A stretch of 64,000 nucleotides of DNA from Stegostoma tigrinum (taxonomy: Eukaryota): contig NC_081366.1 of the NCBI RefSeq assembly GCF_030684315.1, positions 76,911,723 to 76,975,722 on the forward strand. The letters are read 5' to 3'. Both the position numbers and the translations under genes were made by a program. Positions 11,664-25,000 of this stretch are shown piece after piece. Every line of letters starts with the position of its first letter. Within the stretch, counting starts at the first letter, position 1. Below the pieces are notes generated by a model. It was not told the origin of the DNA, searched no databases, and worked only from the letters and a program-made list of their open reading frames with translations.

Positions 11664-12038
11664 GGTTTTCAGATTCCCAAAGGATGGAGTGTCATGTACA
11701 GCATCCAAGACACACACGACACCGCCCCTATATTTCGACGGCCCGAAATATTCGATCCAGACAGATTTGCTAATGGGCTGACAAAGGGCAAGGATGCGCG
11801 CTTTCAGTACTTGCCATTTGGCGGAGGCGTTCGACGTTGCCTTGGCAAAGAGCTTGCCAAACTCATCCTGAAAGTCTTTGCCATTGAGTTAGCCAATAGT
11901 TGCCACTGGGAACTGGCCACCCGAACATTTCCCAAGATGCTGACGGTGCCAGTGGTTCACCCAACAGATGGGCTTAAAGTACAGTTTACAGCTCAGCCCC
12001 GCAAAAAGAGTGCAGCTACTGAGGTTAACTTGGCGTAG
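11664..12038 (+). CDS. CYP26: CYP26 last coding exon (PERF and heme-binding motifs)
   Basis: cctttttag-type acceptor |GGT TTT CAG ATT CCC AAA GGA TGG. Encodes [22 protein letters not shown]...FDPDRF...[18 protein letters not shown]...[14 protein letters not shown]...NLA*, with TAG ending at 12038. Confidence 0.95.
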   Translation, partial: GFQIPKGWSVMYSIQDTHDTAPIFRRPEIFDPDRFANGLTKGKDARFQYLPFGGGVRRCLGKELAKLILKVFAIELANSCHWELATRTFPKMLTVPVVHPTDGLKVQFTAQPRKKSAATEVNLA

Positions 12039-12403
12039 ATTACCTCACAATCGAAGTAGCGATATATAGATATTATTGTTATTTATCATTTATATCCAAT
12101 AATATGACAGCAACTAGTTAATGCTTCAATTTGGTGGCAGCATTCAAGCTTCAGGAGGATTCACAGATGTTGAGTTGATTTATTCAGAGCTCATTTTGGG
12201 CAATTTTTTTTTGTTTTTCAGAACACTGATAAATCACACTCATTGTCATTTATCTGATAAACACATGAATCTTCCTTTTGTCAGGGAGAAAAGCTTTCTC
12301 TTTAGATCCATGGCCAATATGGAGCACTTCCAGGTTAGAAAGATCCCAAGATAAATGCAGAGTATAGTTTTGTCACATATTTGTGTCAACACATTCCATA
12401 CAG

Positions 12404-12626
12404 TAATGGGAACTGCAGATGCTGGAGAATGCAAGATAACAAAGTGTGGGGCTGGATGAACACAGCAGGCCAAGCAGCATCTCAGGAGCACTAAAGCTGA
12501 CATTTCGGGCCTAGACGCTTCATCAGAGACCCCTCTCTGACGAAGGGCCTAGGCCCGAAATGTCAGCTTTTGTGCTCCTGAGATGCTGCTTGGCCTGCTG
12601 TGTTCATCCAGCTTCACACTTTATTA
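12404..12626. mobile_element. Palindromic miniature Penelope-derived element with two opposed hammerhead-like cores
   Basis: The left arm (...gctgacatttcgggcctagacgcttcatcagag) and right arm (ctctctgacgaagggcctaggcccgaaatgtcagc...) are reverse complements. Flanks ccatacag/ccttacag. Confidence 0.8.
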
Positions 12627-12749
12627 CCTTACAGCACCCTATTATACAGAGTGACTTCTGAAATCTAGACATCAGCCAGCCTCATAAATTGATAATGTGA
12701 ACTTAGTGCAAAATTATGCAGAGTGCTGAGCCCCAAGTGATTAGTTTGG

Positions 12750-13075
12750 ATCATAGAATCCCGACAGTGTGGAAGCAGGCCATTTGGCCACTGATTCTAC
12801 ACCAACCCTCTGAACAGCACCGCACCCTATTCCTGTAACCTTGAATTTCCCATGGTTAATTGACCTAGCCTGCACGTCCCTCGACACTACTGGCAGTTTA
12901 GCATGGCTAATCCACCCTAATCTTTGGACTGTGGGAGGAAACCGGAGCACCTGGAGGAAACCTACACAGACACGGGAAGAATGTGCAAACTCCACAGAGA
13001 GTCGCCTGGGAGGGGATATTGAACCTGAGCCACTGGCGCCATGCGGCAATAGTGCTATCCCACTGTGCCACCTCC
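12750..13075 (-). mobile_element. V-SINE (HE1-like)
   Basis: ggactgtgggaggaaaccggagcacc...aatgtgcaaactccaca...cactgtgccacc. Confidence 0.8.
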
Positions 13076-14384
13076 ATCCTCAAGAATCGGTTTTATTTAC
13101 CCTTTTCTGCGAGGTGGTTGATGCCTCCACCGACAGCAATGTGCTCTGTGTCTCAATCTGTGAAGTTTGCCAGGCTGTAGGAAGAATTAAAAGTTATTAA
13201 AATGTTGTATTTCAAGGTTTGTCTGTGTACTGTGTGTCTCCATCTATTGTGTGAATGGGAGCTGTGTTACATACAAGAAACATGTAGATAGATATTTCAC
13301 AAGATTGCAAAGTGGAGTGTTTTGACCGATATTCAGTTGTATCAAATTATTGATATTAGATGATGCTGGGTACCCATGTTGCCTGTGGCAGACACATATC
13401 CTGTTGGCCCAGCTTGAATAAATTTTCTACTTTCATGTATTTGTGATGTTAATTTATTTAAGAAGATTAAAGAGGTTTTACACGCAAGATTCTTGTCTGA
13501 TTACTTGAGTATGGAATATTTAACAACGTCAAATTGAAATCATAACTGAACAGCATGGAAGGACAAAATAAACAAGAGAAATGTCTATACCCCCCCGACT
13601 CGCTCAGTTCTCCCTGAGTTCTATGTTACTGAAATTCATGTGGATGATTATATCGCTGCCTGACTTGGCCGTCATCCTGTCTTTTGCTGGAGCAAAAGTT
13701 CAAAGGTCTTCCCCATCCACATTACTATGCAGAGTGCAAAGCAGTGAGCCCCTTGTCAGGGACAGCAGTAGAGCTCAGAAGAGACAATTATATTCAGAAG
13801 TGATACTTATGCAGCTAATCTTTCTTTTCTGTACAGTAAAGAAATTTGTTTCTCAATTATGTGATAGAAAAGCACTAGCATTGTTATGTTTCCTTGTTTA
13901 CGTAGGTGAATACAGCTTGACATTATGTATATCATTTTCCTTCTATGCACTCAGTCTACCCTCACACAATCTCTGTACTTTCAATATGCCCCATAATTAT
14001 TCCATTCCATTCTCTTCATAAATTCTTGTACACTCTCTATGCACTTTGCAAAAGTTAATATATTTTCATATCCACTTAGCCTTTTACTTCTTGTAGCCCA
14101 AATACCCTCATGTTGGTCATAAGCTCAGCACTTCCTCAAAGAGGTTCCATTTTTAAGTGATTATAGTATTTCATCACATGTCTCATCTACTCAGTCACCC
14201 TTCTTTTACTCTGTACGCCCAGTATACAGGGTCTTTAGGCCTTGTGTATTCTCTATAAACCAAGCCTTCATTTGTACAACTCCCAAACTCCTTTATACAT
14301 GTCTAAGTCCTCCATAATTTCACAGACTCCATATGTCTAATATATTCTTATAGAGACTGTCAAATAAAAGCAACACACTACAGA

Positions 14385-15410
14385 TGCCGAAATGTAAAGA
14401 ACAGAAAATTACTGAAGAAATTCAGCAGGTCTGTCAGCATCTGTGGGGAGAGGAAAAATGGAGTTAACATTTCAACCTTACAACCCTTCTTCAGACCAGC
14501 AGGATGCTGGAAAATGCTCTTTTTTATGCTGTTGACAGAGGGGGACGAGGTGTAACACATTGTGAGGTGCCCAGAGCAAAAGACAATGGCAATGGTATAT
14601 GGTATCACTTCCGTTCCATTTGTAGAAATGACCCTGAGCTTCCAGTTGCTTGGCATTTTGCTAAACCTCCTCACTGTCATGCAAACGTTGCTGTCCTTGG
14701 TCCTGCTACAGTGCTCCAATGAATCTCAAAGCAAGCTGGAGGACCAACACCTCGTTTTCCATTTAAGCACATTACAGCCTCTAGAACTCCGCAACTTGGG
14801 GCAGCACAGTGGTGCAGTGGTTAGCACTTTGCGTCTCAGCACCAGGGGCCTGGGTGCCATTCCAGTCTTTGGTGACCATCTACGTGGTGTTTGCACATTC
14901 TTCCTGTGTCCGTGCGGGTTTCCTCAGGGTGCTCTGGTTTCCTCCAACAGTCGAAAGATGTGCAGGCTAGGTGGATCGGCTGTACTAAATTGCCCGTAGG
15001 GTGCAGGCGAGGAGAATTAGCTGCAGGAATTACAGGAATATGTTGGGAGGTGAGTCTTCCATTTCTCTTAAATTCCGCTCCCCCCACCCCGCCGCCCACC
15101 CTTCCCTTTCTCTGTCTTGTTGGCTTTGCGTCAGCAGAGAAGACCCATTTCCTCCTTTTCGTACCCAACATTTACACCTATTTTGCATCACTATCTCTCC
15201 TTACCACCATTAGCAGTGCCTTTGTCTTTGGCTCAGGACACTGTCACAATCTGTTACACTTGCTCCTCTTCTCCTGCTGCCTACGGCATAAAAACCATCA
15301 TTTTCCAATTCCTTTCTGTTATGACAAAGAGTCACACTGGACCCGAAACATTACCTGTGTCTCTCTCCCACAGGTGTTGTCACACCCATTGGGTTTATGT
15401 CACACTTTCT
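14385..15410. mobile_element. Degenerate Penelope-like fragment with a nested V-SINE (about 14800-15050)
   Basis: Encodes RNDPELPVAWHF...LLQCSNESQSKLEDQHLVFHLSTLQP, the GIY-YIG C-terminus. SINE head gggcagcacagtggtgcagtggttagcac. Confidence 0.65.
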
Positions 15411-18400
15411 GTTTTAATTGATGTTTGTAGAAATTATAGTGCTGAAGATGTACGCTCCAGAACAAGTCACATCGCAAACTAGATTATTCTGGTATAATTA
15501 TTAGACCGGCTTTACTCCCTCACAGTATAGAGTATAGCATAGGTCTGTCGAATCTAAAGGACAAATCCAACCTGGACAATTACTGTCTCATCAGCCTATT
15601 CACAGAAGATGTAAGGTGTCATCATCAATGTTATCAAGGAGCACCTATTGATCAACAATGTCACCGCGATTTGGCATCCACCAGGATCACTTTTTTCCAG
15701 AACTTTTTACAGCCTTGCTCCCACACACAGATGAGCTGAAGCCAGAGATGAAGTGAGAGTGAATGCCCTTAGTATCAAGGCAGCATTTGACTAAGTACCG
15801 CACCAGGGACCCTGGTGAAATGAAAGGAAATCCTCTACAATATTGAGGAGAATGTTAGTCCAAGGGTGTGTCTTGGACAGTTTTGCTCGCTTGGCTCACT
15901 AATGAATGTTGAAACAATGAAAATCTTGAAGGGATGGAGGAATGGGATTGGTGGTGGGATGCAGTGGTCGCTAATGGTGATGTGGGGATCGATGCAGAAA
16001 TACTAAGCCAGGCGAAGCAAGTGCAGCCCAGATTAATAAAGGTATGCAGGTCTGGCTTTTAAATTAACGTTCAGCCCTTGAGAAACATTCTCATTCTTTT
16101 ACGATTAGAGGGGATGGTAACATTTTGTAACACTGGAGATGACCAGTGCATTAGTGCAAAAGACAAGCCTGAAGTATTTGCATCCATTTTCAGTCAAAAG
16201 TGCCAAGTGGATGATCCATCTCCAACAGTTCCCACCATCACAGATACCGGTCTTCAACCAACTCGATTCATTCCACATGATAGCAAGAAACAGCTGAAGG
16301 CATTAAATATGCAAAGGCAACACACTATTCTCACAACATTGCAGTAATAGGACTGCAGACTGGTGCTCAGAGCCAGCCAAGCAATTAACCAAGCTGTTCC
16401 ATCGGCCTTACCGTGTGGACAATCGCTGAAACGTTTGCTATTCTGGGTAACACCTGTCCTTGACCTGTAGCATCACTTTGGCTCACACAAATGTTGCTAG
16501 ATTTAACACCAACCCACCTAACCATAATTGTGAAAATAAGGTTTCTAAGTGTTCTCTGCGGTCCTTCTATGTAGTACCACATTCCACAATTTCGTCCAAG
16601 AAAACTACACAATCAGATAATTCAGCATTATGTCTATTCATTAAACATTGAAATGTGGCTATAGTGCTTTTAAATCAAATGGCATAACCCAACACCGGTA
16701 CAATTCATTGGGTGTATCCTTTTAAGAAATCAATTGTGGATCAGAATGGCAGAATTCCAACCCTATTATTGTAATCGTCTGGGCGGGGAGTAGGGTATGA
16801 ATCCATCGCTGTAACTATATTCACTTTCCTGTAGTCTACACATGACCTATTTGAACTGAGATAACACAGTGTGGAGCTGGAGGAACACAGCAGGCCAGGC
16901 AGCATCAGAGGCCCAGGAATGTTCTTCAGAAACCTAACTGAACCACTTTGTTTTGGAACTATGCTGTAGGAGAGCTCCAGCTACTCAGGGTTGGCTCAGT
17001 CAATTAATTCTCCAACACGTTTTGAATTTCTTTTGTTTCTTTGGCCTGTTTCTCTGGGTTTAACCAGGGTGGGTTTTGTTTCATCAGGTCCAAATTACCT
17101 ACATCCACGTGATGTTGGATTAATGTGGGAGGTCCGAGAGGATCTTCCCAAAACTGAGCAATACATCCCACTGTTGCTGTTTCTCCACATATGAAAACAC
17201 AGTGTCTAAAATCTCTAATATTTCCAAATTCATTCGTCTAACAGTAGGAAGATCACTTTGGAAAGTGCTCATTTCTCAAACTTCTTTTGTCTATCCTTCT
17301 GTTCCACACAACACAGCTGTATTTTCTCATCATCTTCTCCACAATAGCACAATTTCAGCATGTTCGCAACCAATTCCTTAGCCTATGATTGGAAATTTCG
17401 ATTAAATCTGTCACCTGACTCACCTTTTTATTTATTTTGTAGGGATCACTGAAAACCTTTAGTGGCTCACTTTATAAAAACATCATTACCAAATCTTCAT
17501 CTCTTCCTTGTTGTGCGTGGATCTGCCCACACTTTCATTTCGTTTCTGGAGGCTTTCGGATATTCCTCTACAAACTCCTGTTAATCTTTTGAAAAATGAG
17601 GATACGTCCTCTCCAACACTGAAGATTCATTTCTCCAACTTCATCTTCTTTTAGAAGACAAAGGCATTGATGACTAGGCCAGCATTTATTGCCCATCCCT
17701 AACTGCCCAGCGGTTAGTTAAGAATCAACCACGTTGCTGTGGGTCTGAGTCACATGTAGGCCAGAGCCAGGTAAGAACAGCAATATTGTCCCTAAAGGGA
17801 CATTAATGAACCAGGTGGGTTTTTACAACAATTGACAATGGATTCGTGGTTTTCATTAGACACTTAATTCCAGATTCTTTTATTGAATTTCAATTCCACC
17901 ATCTGCCATGGTAAGATTCGAACCTAGGTTCCCAGGATTTTACGTGGGTCTTTGGACTAACAGTCCAGCAATAATACCACTCGGACGTCACCTCCCCTCA
18001 ATTTATCACTAATTAGTTTTAATGGACGTTTAATTTCATGCCCATGGACTAATTTGAATGAGCTAAGGTTAGTGCATTTGTTTGAAAAGTGTCTGGTCAA
18101 TAATAAAAGAGCCAGTCAGTCCATCATTGGTGACAAGGTCTGCTTCTTCCTGGACTTGTGCACCTTCCCTTCTCCTGTAAACAGAGGTTATGAGTGAGGG
18201 AAATGATTTGTGTGGAGATAAGGGAGGTTATAATGTTTGTGGAGGAAGATTAGAAGGGACGAGTGCAAGATCTAAATGAGGATATGTCTATGTTTGCTAT
18301 TCGGATTGGGATGTGAGGTGAGTTGAGAGAGTTTAATGAACGAAACAGCAAAGTGCTACTCTGAGGACCACTCTGGAGGAGAAAGCTGAGAAACCAGAGT

Positions 18401-18989
18401 GTGGGCTCCCTGAACCTGGAATGACATTCACTGGAATAGCCTTCATGAGTTTACTCAGCCTCTTGTGACACTGAACCCAGGTTCACAGGATCTTCCTTCT
18501 GCTGTTCATGTCCTGGGTCGCCTCCAGCCACATCTGCTTACTGGCCCCTTCCGCCTATTAATGGAAAACAGCATCTCAATTCTGGCCCACTCATGCCTAT
18601 AGCAGGACCTGCAGCAAATTGTTAGAGCAATCCCCACCCCATGCCCATTCTGTTCTGGCTGAAACTTTAAGAATCACTGTAGACTTCAGCACTCAGATAC
18701 CTACTGATGCTAGTTCATTTACCTGGAAATCCTTTCGCTCGTATGGGTGGATCGCCAGCAAGTCCTCTTTGGCTGTAAAGCCTGGAAGGGGTTGCTATAT
18801 AAACTTGTAGCAGACTAACGCCTGTACCCTTGACCAGGATTCAAGTCCTAGCTGCTCCAGGGGTGCATATGGCATCTCTGGAAGGGTTGATCAGAAAAGC
18901 TGTTTTGTAAACTTGTGGCTGAGTTAAACAGGCACAGGCAAAATTACAAACGGGTTTCTCTATCTACTGCTGTTCCTCACCACCACCCT

Positions 18990-19430
18990 CCCCTCCCCCT
19001 ACCACATCCCAAAACCAGACCAGCTCGTCCCCGCCTCCCTAATCTGTTCTTCCTCCCACCTATCCCCTCCTCCCACCTCATGCCCCACCCCACTTCCTAC
19101 CTACTGACCTCACCCCGCCCCCTTGACCTGTCCATCCTCCCTGGACTGACCTATTCCCTCCCTACCTACTCTCACTTCTACAGGCTCCATCCCCGCCTCT
19201 TTGACCTGTCCATCTCCTCTCCGCCTATCTTCTCCTCTATCCATCTTCTATCTGCCTCCCCCTCTCTCCCTATTTATTTCAGAATCTCCTTCCCCTCCCC
19301 CATTTCTGAAGAAGGGTCTAGGCCCGAAATGTCAGTCTTCCTGCTCCTCTGATGCTGCTTGGCCTGCTGTGTTCATCCAGCTCTACATCTTGTTATCTCA
19401 GATGCTCCAGCATCTGCAGTTCCTATCATC
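18990..19430 (+). mobile_element. Penelope terminal (pseudo-LTR) fragment with hammerhead-like core
   Basis: Same pyrimidine-rich terminus as 2245-2640; contains ttCTGAAGAagggtctaggcccGAAAtgtc. Confidence 0.75.
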
Positions 19431-21160
19431 TCTGAACCAAATTTAACTAATCTCTTCTGCCTGCCCTTGGTCCGTATCCCTCCATTTCTTGCTTATCCGT
19501 GTGCTTATCTGAAAGTTCCTTAAATGCCCCGATTGTATTTACCTCCCTCACCAGCCCGGGCAGCGTGTTCCAGGCACCTACCACTCTCTGTGTGTAAAAC
19601 TCACATCTCCTTTCCCCGTCTCACCTTAAAAATATGCCCTCTAGTGTTAGATATTGCAACTTCGGGAAAAGGATTCTGTCAACACTATCTCTCCCTTCAT
19701 AATTTTATAGACTCCTATCAGGTCTCCCTCAGCAACCACAACTCCAGAGATAACGACCTGAGGTTTCCCAGCTTCTCCTTGTAGCTCATACCCTCTCATC
19801 TAGGCAACATCCTGTTAAATCTCATCTGCATCCTCTTCAAAGCCTCCACATCCTTCCTGTAACAAGCACAATAACCATGAGGCCACGAGATATAGGAGCA
19901 GCATTAGGCCTATTTTGTCCATCGTATCCACTCCATCATTTGATCCTGCCTTCTGCCTTCTCCCAGAATCCTTGATCCCCTCACAAATGAAGAACCTATC
20001 TATCTCTGTCATAAATACACTCCACAACCCTCTCTGGCAATGAGCTCCACAGAATCACCACCATCTGACTGAAGAAATTCCTCCTCATCTTAGTTCTTTC
20101 ATTGTAAGGCTATGGCCTCAGGTTCTCCTATTATTAGTTGTGTTCTCCTATCCTATTAGCTGCAACATCTTCTCCACATCCATCCATCCAGGCCTCTCAG
20201 TATTCTCTAAGTTTAATCATATGGAGCCATAGAGTCATACAGCATGGAAAAAGACCCCTCGGTCCAACCAGTCCATGCCGACCCATGTTCCGAAACGAAA
20301 CTGGTCCCGCCTGCCTGCACTTGGCCCACATCTCTCTCAACATTTCTTATTTCTGTTCTTGCCCAAATGTCTTTTAAACATTGTAACTATACCTGCATCT
20401 GGACAGGAAGCACCGTCTGTGTTACAAGAAGCAATTTTCCCCTCATGTACACCTTTCCCCCTCACCTTAAAAAATATGCCCCCTAGACCTGAAATGCCCC
20501 CACCCTGGGGAAAAGACACCTGCCAATCACCTTAACTCCACTGCTCAAGGGCAGGGCTTATCCCATTAAAGCTAGGGCCCTGTGGGTAAAGCTGTGCCTA
20601 AGATGGTGCTCTAAGTAACACTTGCAAACCTTTCCCTGTACTCATGTTGACTACACGTGACAATGGAGCTAATTTAATTCGATTAAAAATACACTCCCAG
20701 CCTTGAAATCTCCACCCTAGGGAAAAGATACCTGCTATTCTACAAACCTCAGGATGTTATGGACCTCCATAAGGTCAACCTCAATATCTTACAATCCTGT
20801 GAAAGAAGTCCCAGCCTATCCAAACTCTCCTTACAACTCAATCCCTCTATTCCCAGCAACATCCCGGTAAATCTCTCCCGAAGCCTCTGCAGCTTGATAA
20901 TATCCTTCTTATAACAGGGTGACCAGAACTGGACACAGTGTTCCAGATAAGGCCTCACCAACATCCTGTATAACCTCAGCATGTTGTCCCAACTCCTATA
21001 CTTAACGTTATGGGCAAGAGGTTAATGTGCTAAATGCCTTCTCAATCACCCTGTTTACACGTGACGCAAACTTCAAAGAATTGAGTATCTGAAACCAGAA
21101 GTGTCTCTGTTCTACAGCACTACCCAAGGCCCTATTGCAATTGTGTAAGTCCTTCCCAAT
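19430..21160 (-). mobile_element. Cluster of CR1 LINE fragments
   Basis: Encodes LRLYRMLVRPYLEHCVQFWSPCYKKDI and other CR1 RT C-terminal motifs. Confidence 0.75.
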
Positions 21161-21179
21161 CCCCACCATTTAGAATTAG

Positions 21180-21530
21180 AATATCTACAGTGTCGAAACA
21201 GGCCACTCAGCCCTATAAATCCACACAGACTCTCTGAAGAGAATCCCTACCAGATTCACACCCCTTCTCTATTCCTGTAATCCTGCATTTCCCATGGATA
21301 ATGCACCCAACCTATACATCCCAGGAGTCTATAGGGCAATTTAACCTTGGTAATCCACCTAACCTGCACACCTTTGCACCGCGGGTGGAGACTGGAGCAC
21401 CCGGAGGAAACCCATGCAGACATGGGAAGAATGTGCAAACTCCACACAGACAGCCACCTGGGGGTGGAATTGAACTCTGGTCCCTGGCGCTGTGAGGCAG
21501 CAGTGCTAACCATTGAGCCACTGTGCCACC
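21180..21530 (-). mobile_element. V-SINE (HE1-like)
   Basis: Full head-to-tail consensus on the - strand. Confidence 0.8.
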
Positions 21531-22069
21531 CCAAAAACATCAATACTTATTTCTGAGTTCTCTAGCCTCCTTTGGTCCAGCCTCCCCATGCCAACCAGGT
21601 TTGCCAAACTGGACTAGCCCTACTTGCTTGCATTTGGTCCATATCCCTCTAAATATTTCCTATTCATGTATCTGTCCAAATGTCTTTTACATCTTGTAAC
21701 TATACTGCATCTACCACTTCTTCGGGCAGTTCATTCCACATACAAACTACCCTCTAGTTTTGGACACCCCTATCCACAGGGAAAAACTTTTGCCTTTCAT
21801 CTTATCTATACCCCTCATGATTTGATAAACCTCTTTACAGTCTCCTATAAATCTCTTATGTTCCAGAAAAAGTTGTCCCAGCCTTTCCATTCTCTCCTCA
21901 TAACGTAAACTCTCCAGTCCTGCTGACATAGAGACTCTAAGTGTAGCATGAAGCCACCCAGACCAGAAAGTCAATCCAGCCACAAGAAACATGAAAAAGT
22001 CTCTATTTCTTTGGCCCTTGGTCGAATATTTTGGCAACAGGAGCTGTCCAGCTTCATACGTGGAGAGTA

Positions 22070-25000
22070 AACATTTGGGCTAACTTTCTCCACAGTCAAA
22101 ACTGATGTGAATTATTCATTTATTATCTCTCCCATCTTTCGAGTTTCAAGACAGAGACATCATCCTTGGTCTTTAAGTTGCTCCCTTGCTCTATATGCTC
22201 TACTCTCTTTGGAGTCTCCTTAGCCTTGGCAGATAAGGTTATCTCATATCCCTCTTCGCCTTCCTCATCTCGCTCCTAAGAAAGCCCTTACCCTCTTTAC
22301 ATTGTTCAAGAAATTCACTTGAGCCCAGTTTTCTATACCTAATATCTGATTCTTTTTCATTCTTGACTAGATTTCAATATCTTTATTCATCCATTGTTCT
22401 TTAATCACACCAGGCTTACCTTTCATTCTAACAGGAACAGCATGAAACACAATGGCTTGGAGCTCTTGTTATCACACTTTTGAAAGCCTCCCACTTTAAC
22501 CAGATGTCAGTGAACACTCTACTCCAATCGACTTTTGAGAGTTCTTGTCTCATAACATTAAAATTTTCCTTACTCCATTTAAATGGAAGACTTACCCTTT
22601 TCCGTAACTCTTCTAAAACTGATAGAATTATGATCACTGGCCCCAAAGTGTTCCCATATACAATCACTGCAGTCATTTGGTCTGCCTTATTACCCAAGAC
22701 AAGGTCAAGTTTTGCTCCTTTTCTAGTAGAAATGTTTACATAGGGTCAAACAGCATGGAAACATTTTTGATAACCATCCTCACTATTAAAGTTACTTCCT
22801 AACTTTGTATCATTTGCAGACTTGTGAGTCATGCCTTGTACATTCACAAACAGATCATTTATTGAAATAACAAATAACAAAGGTCCCAGCACCGATCCCT
22901 GTGGCACACCACCAGGCACAGGTCTCCAGTTCGAGAAACAAACTTCAACTACCACCCTCTGTTTTCTACCATCAAGCCAATTTTGAATCCAATTAGCTAG
23001 CTCTCCCTGGATCCCATGCCACCTAAGCTTCATTACTGGCCTGCTGTGCAGGACTTTGTCAAAGGCCTTACTAAAGTCCATATAGACAACATCCACTGCC
23101 TTATCCTCATCTTTCGGTCACCTCTTCAAAAACTCCAAAAGATTTGTCAGACATGACTTCCTGCACACAAGTCCAAGCTGACTATCCCTAATCAGACCAT
23201 GACTATCCAAATGTTGGGTGATCCTGTCCCTTAGGATTCTCTCCAATAACTTGCCAACCACTCATATCAGGCTCACTCATCTGTAATTCCCTGGTTTGTC
23301 TTCGCTATCTTTCTTAAACAAAGGAACAACATTAGCTGAGATAATAAGGTATAGAGCTGGATGAACACGGCAGGCCAAGCAGCATCAGAGGAGCAGGAAA
23401 GCTGACATTTCGGGCTTAGGCCCTTCTTCAGAAATGGGGGAGGGTAAGGTCGTTCTGAAATAAATAGGGAGGGGGGGGTGAATAGAAGATGGATAGAGGA
23501 GAAGATTGGTGGAGTGGAAATAGACCGGTCAAAGAGGCAGGAATGGAGCCAGTAGATGTGAGTGCAAGTAGGGAGGTAGGGAGGAGATAGGTCAGTCCAG
23601 GGATGAGGTTAGTAGGTAGGAGATGGCAGTGGGGCTTAAGGTGGGAGAGGGGAAACATCGGTGCAAGGACAGGTTAGGGAGGGGGTTGGAATGAGCTGGG
23701 CTGGTTTTGGGATGTGGTAGGGGGAGGGGAGATTTTGAAACTTGTAACATCCACATTGATACCATTGGGCTGCAAGATTCCCAAGTGGAATATGAGTTGC
23801 TGTTCCTGCAACCTTCGGGGAAATATCGTTGTGGCATTACCTTCCGGAACCTCACCAGTGGCTGTAGAAGAAGCAAAAAGCTCTGCAAGAACCTCTGCAA
23901 TTTCTTTCCTAGCGTCCCACAACATCTGAGGAAGGACTTGATCAGGCCCAGGAGATTTATCCACCTTAATGTGCTTTAAGGGTGCATACACCTTCTCTCT
24001 GGTAATATATACGCGGTCCAAAACATCCCCACTAGTTTCCCTTAATTCCTTAGCATCCATGATTCTCTCCTCATTAGACACAGAGGAGAAATATCCATTA
24101 AAAATCCTCCCCATCTTTATATCTATCTTTATATTTTTGAAGAGGTCCATGTGAGCTGTTTTCAAAACACAATATTCTTTCCATGGGTTCTCTAGCCTCC
24201 ATTTCTTTCTCCCATAGTAAAAACTGATGCAAATACTCCTTTAAGACTCGCTCATCTCCCGAGGTTCAACGCAAGGATGACCTCTTTCATCTTTATGGGC
24301 CCTGTTTCCTCTCTAGTTGCTCTTTTTCTCTTAGTGCACCTTTAGAATCTCTTTGGATTATCCTTAACATTATCTATCAGGCAATTTCATATACCCCCCA
24401 CTTTGTCTCCCAACACTGTTTATACTGTTCAAGAGGTTCAGTTGAACACAGTTGTTGATATCTAATGTAGGATTATTTTTTATTCTTGACTAAAACCTGA
24501 ATGTTTTTTTCATCCGTTGCTCCCTAGCCCTACCATCCTTACCTTACATTCTACAAGGAATATAATGACTTTAAACTCTTGTTACCACCCTTTTGAAAGT
24601 TTCCCACTTATTCGATGTCCTCTACCTCCAGTCTATTCCAATCAACTTTTGGAAGTTCTTGTCTCATGCCATGAAATTTTGCCTTACTCCAATTAAAAGC
24701 GTTTAACTTTGATGGAAGGCATATCCTTTTCCCAAACTGTTTTAAAACTGATATAATTATTATCACTAGACGCAAAGTGTTTCTGCGCTGTTTCCTCAGT
24801 CACTCGCTCTGCCTTAGTAACTAAGAGAAGCTCAAGGGTTGTCGCTTTCTTTTGTAGGCACATTGACTTGTTGATAAAGAAAATTTTCTTGAACACATTT
24901 CACAAATCATTCACCATCCAAACCTTTCACACAATGGCAGTCCCAGTCAATGTTTGAAAAATTAAAATCACCGACCATTACAATCTTATTATTCTTACGT

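Noticed and set aside
13581-14021. 146-aa ORF downstream of CYP26
   Set aside because: No recognisable domain or supported exon chain; likely 3' flank.
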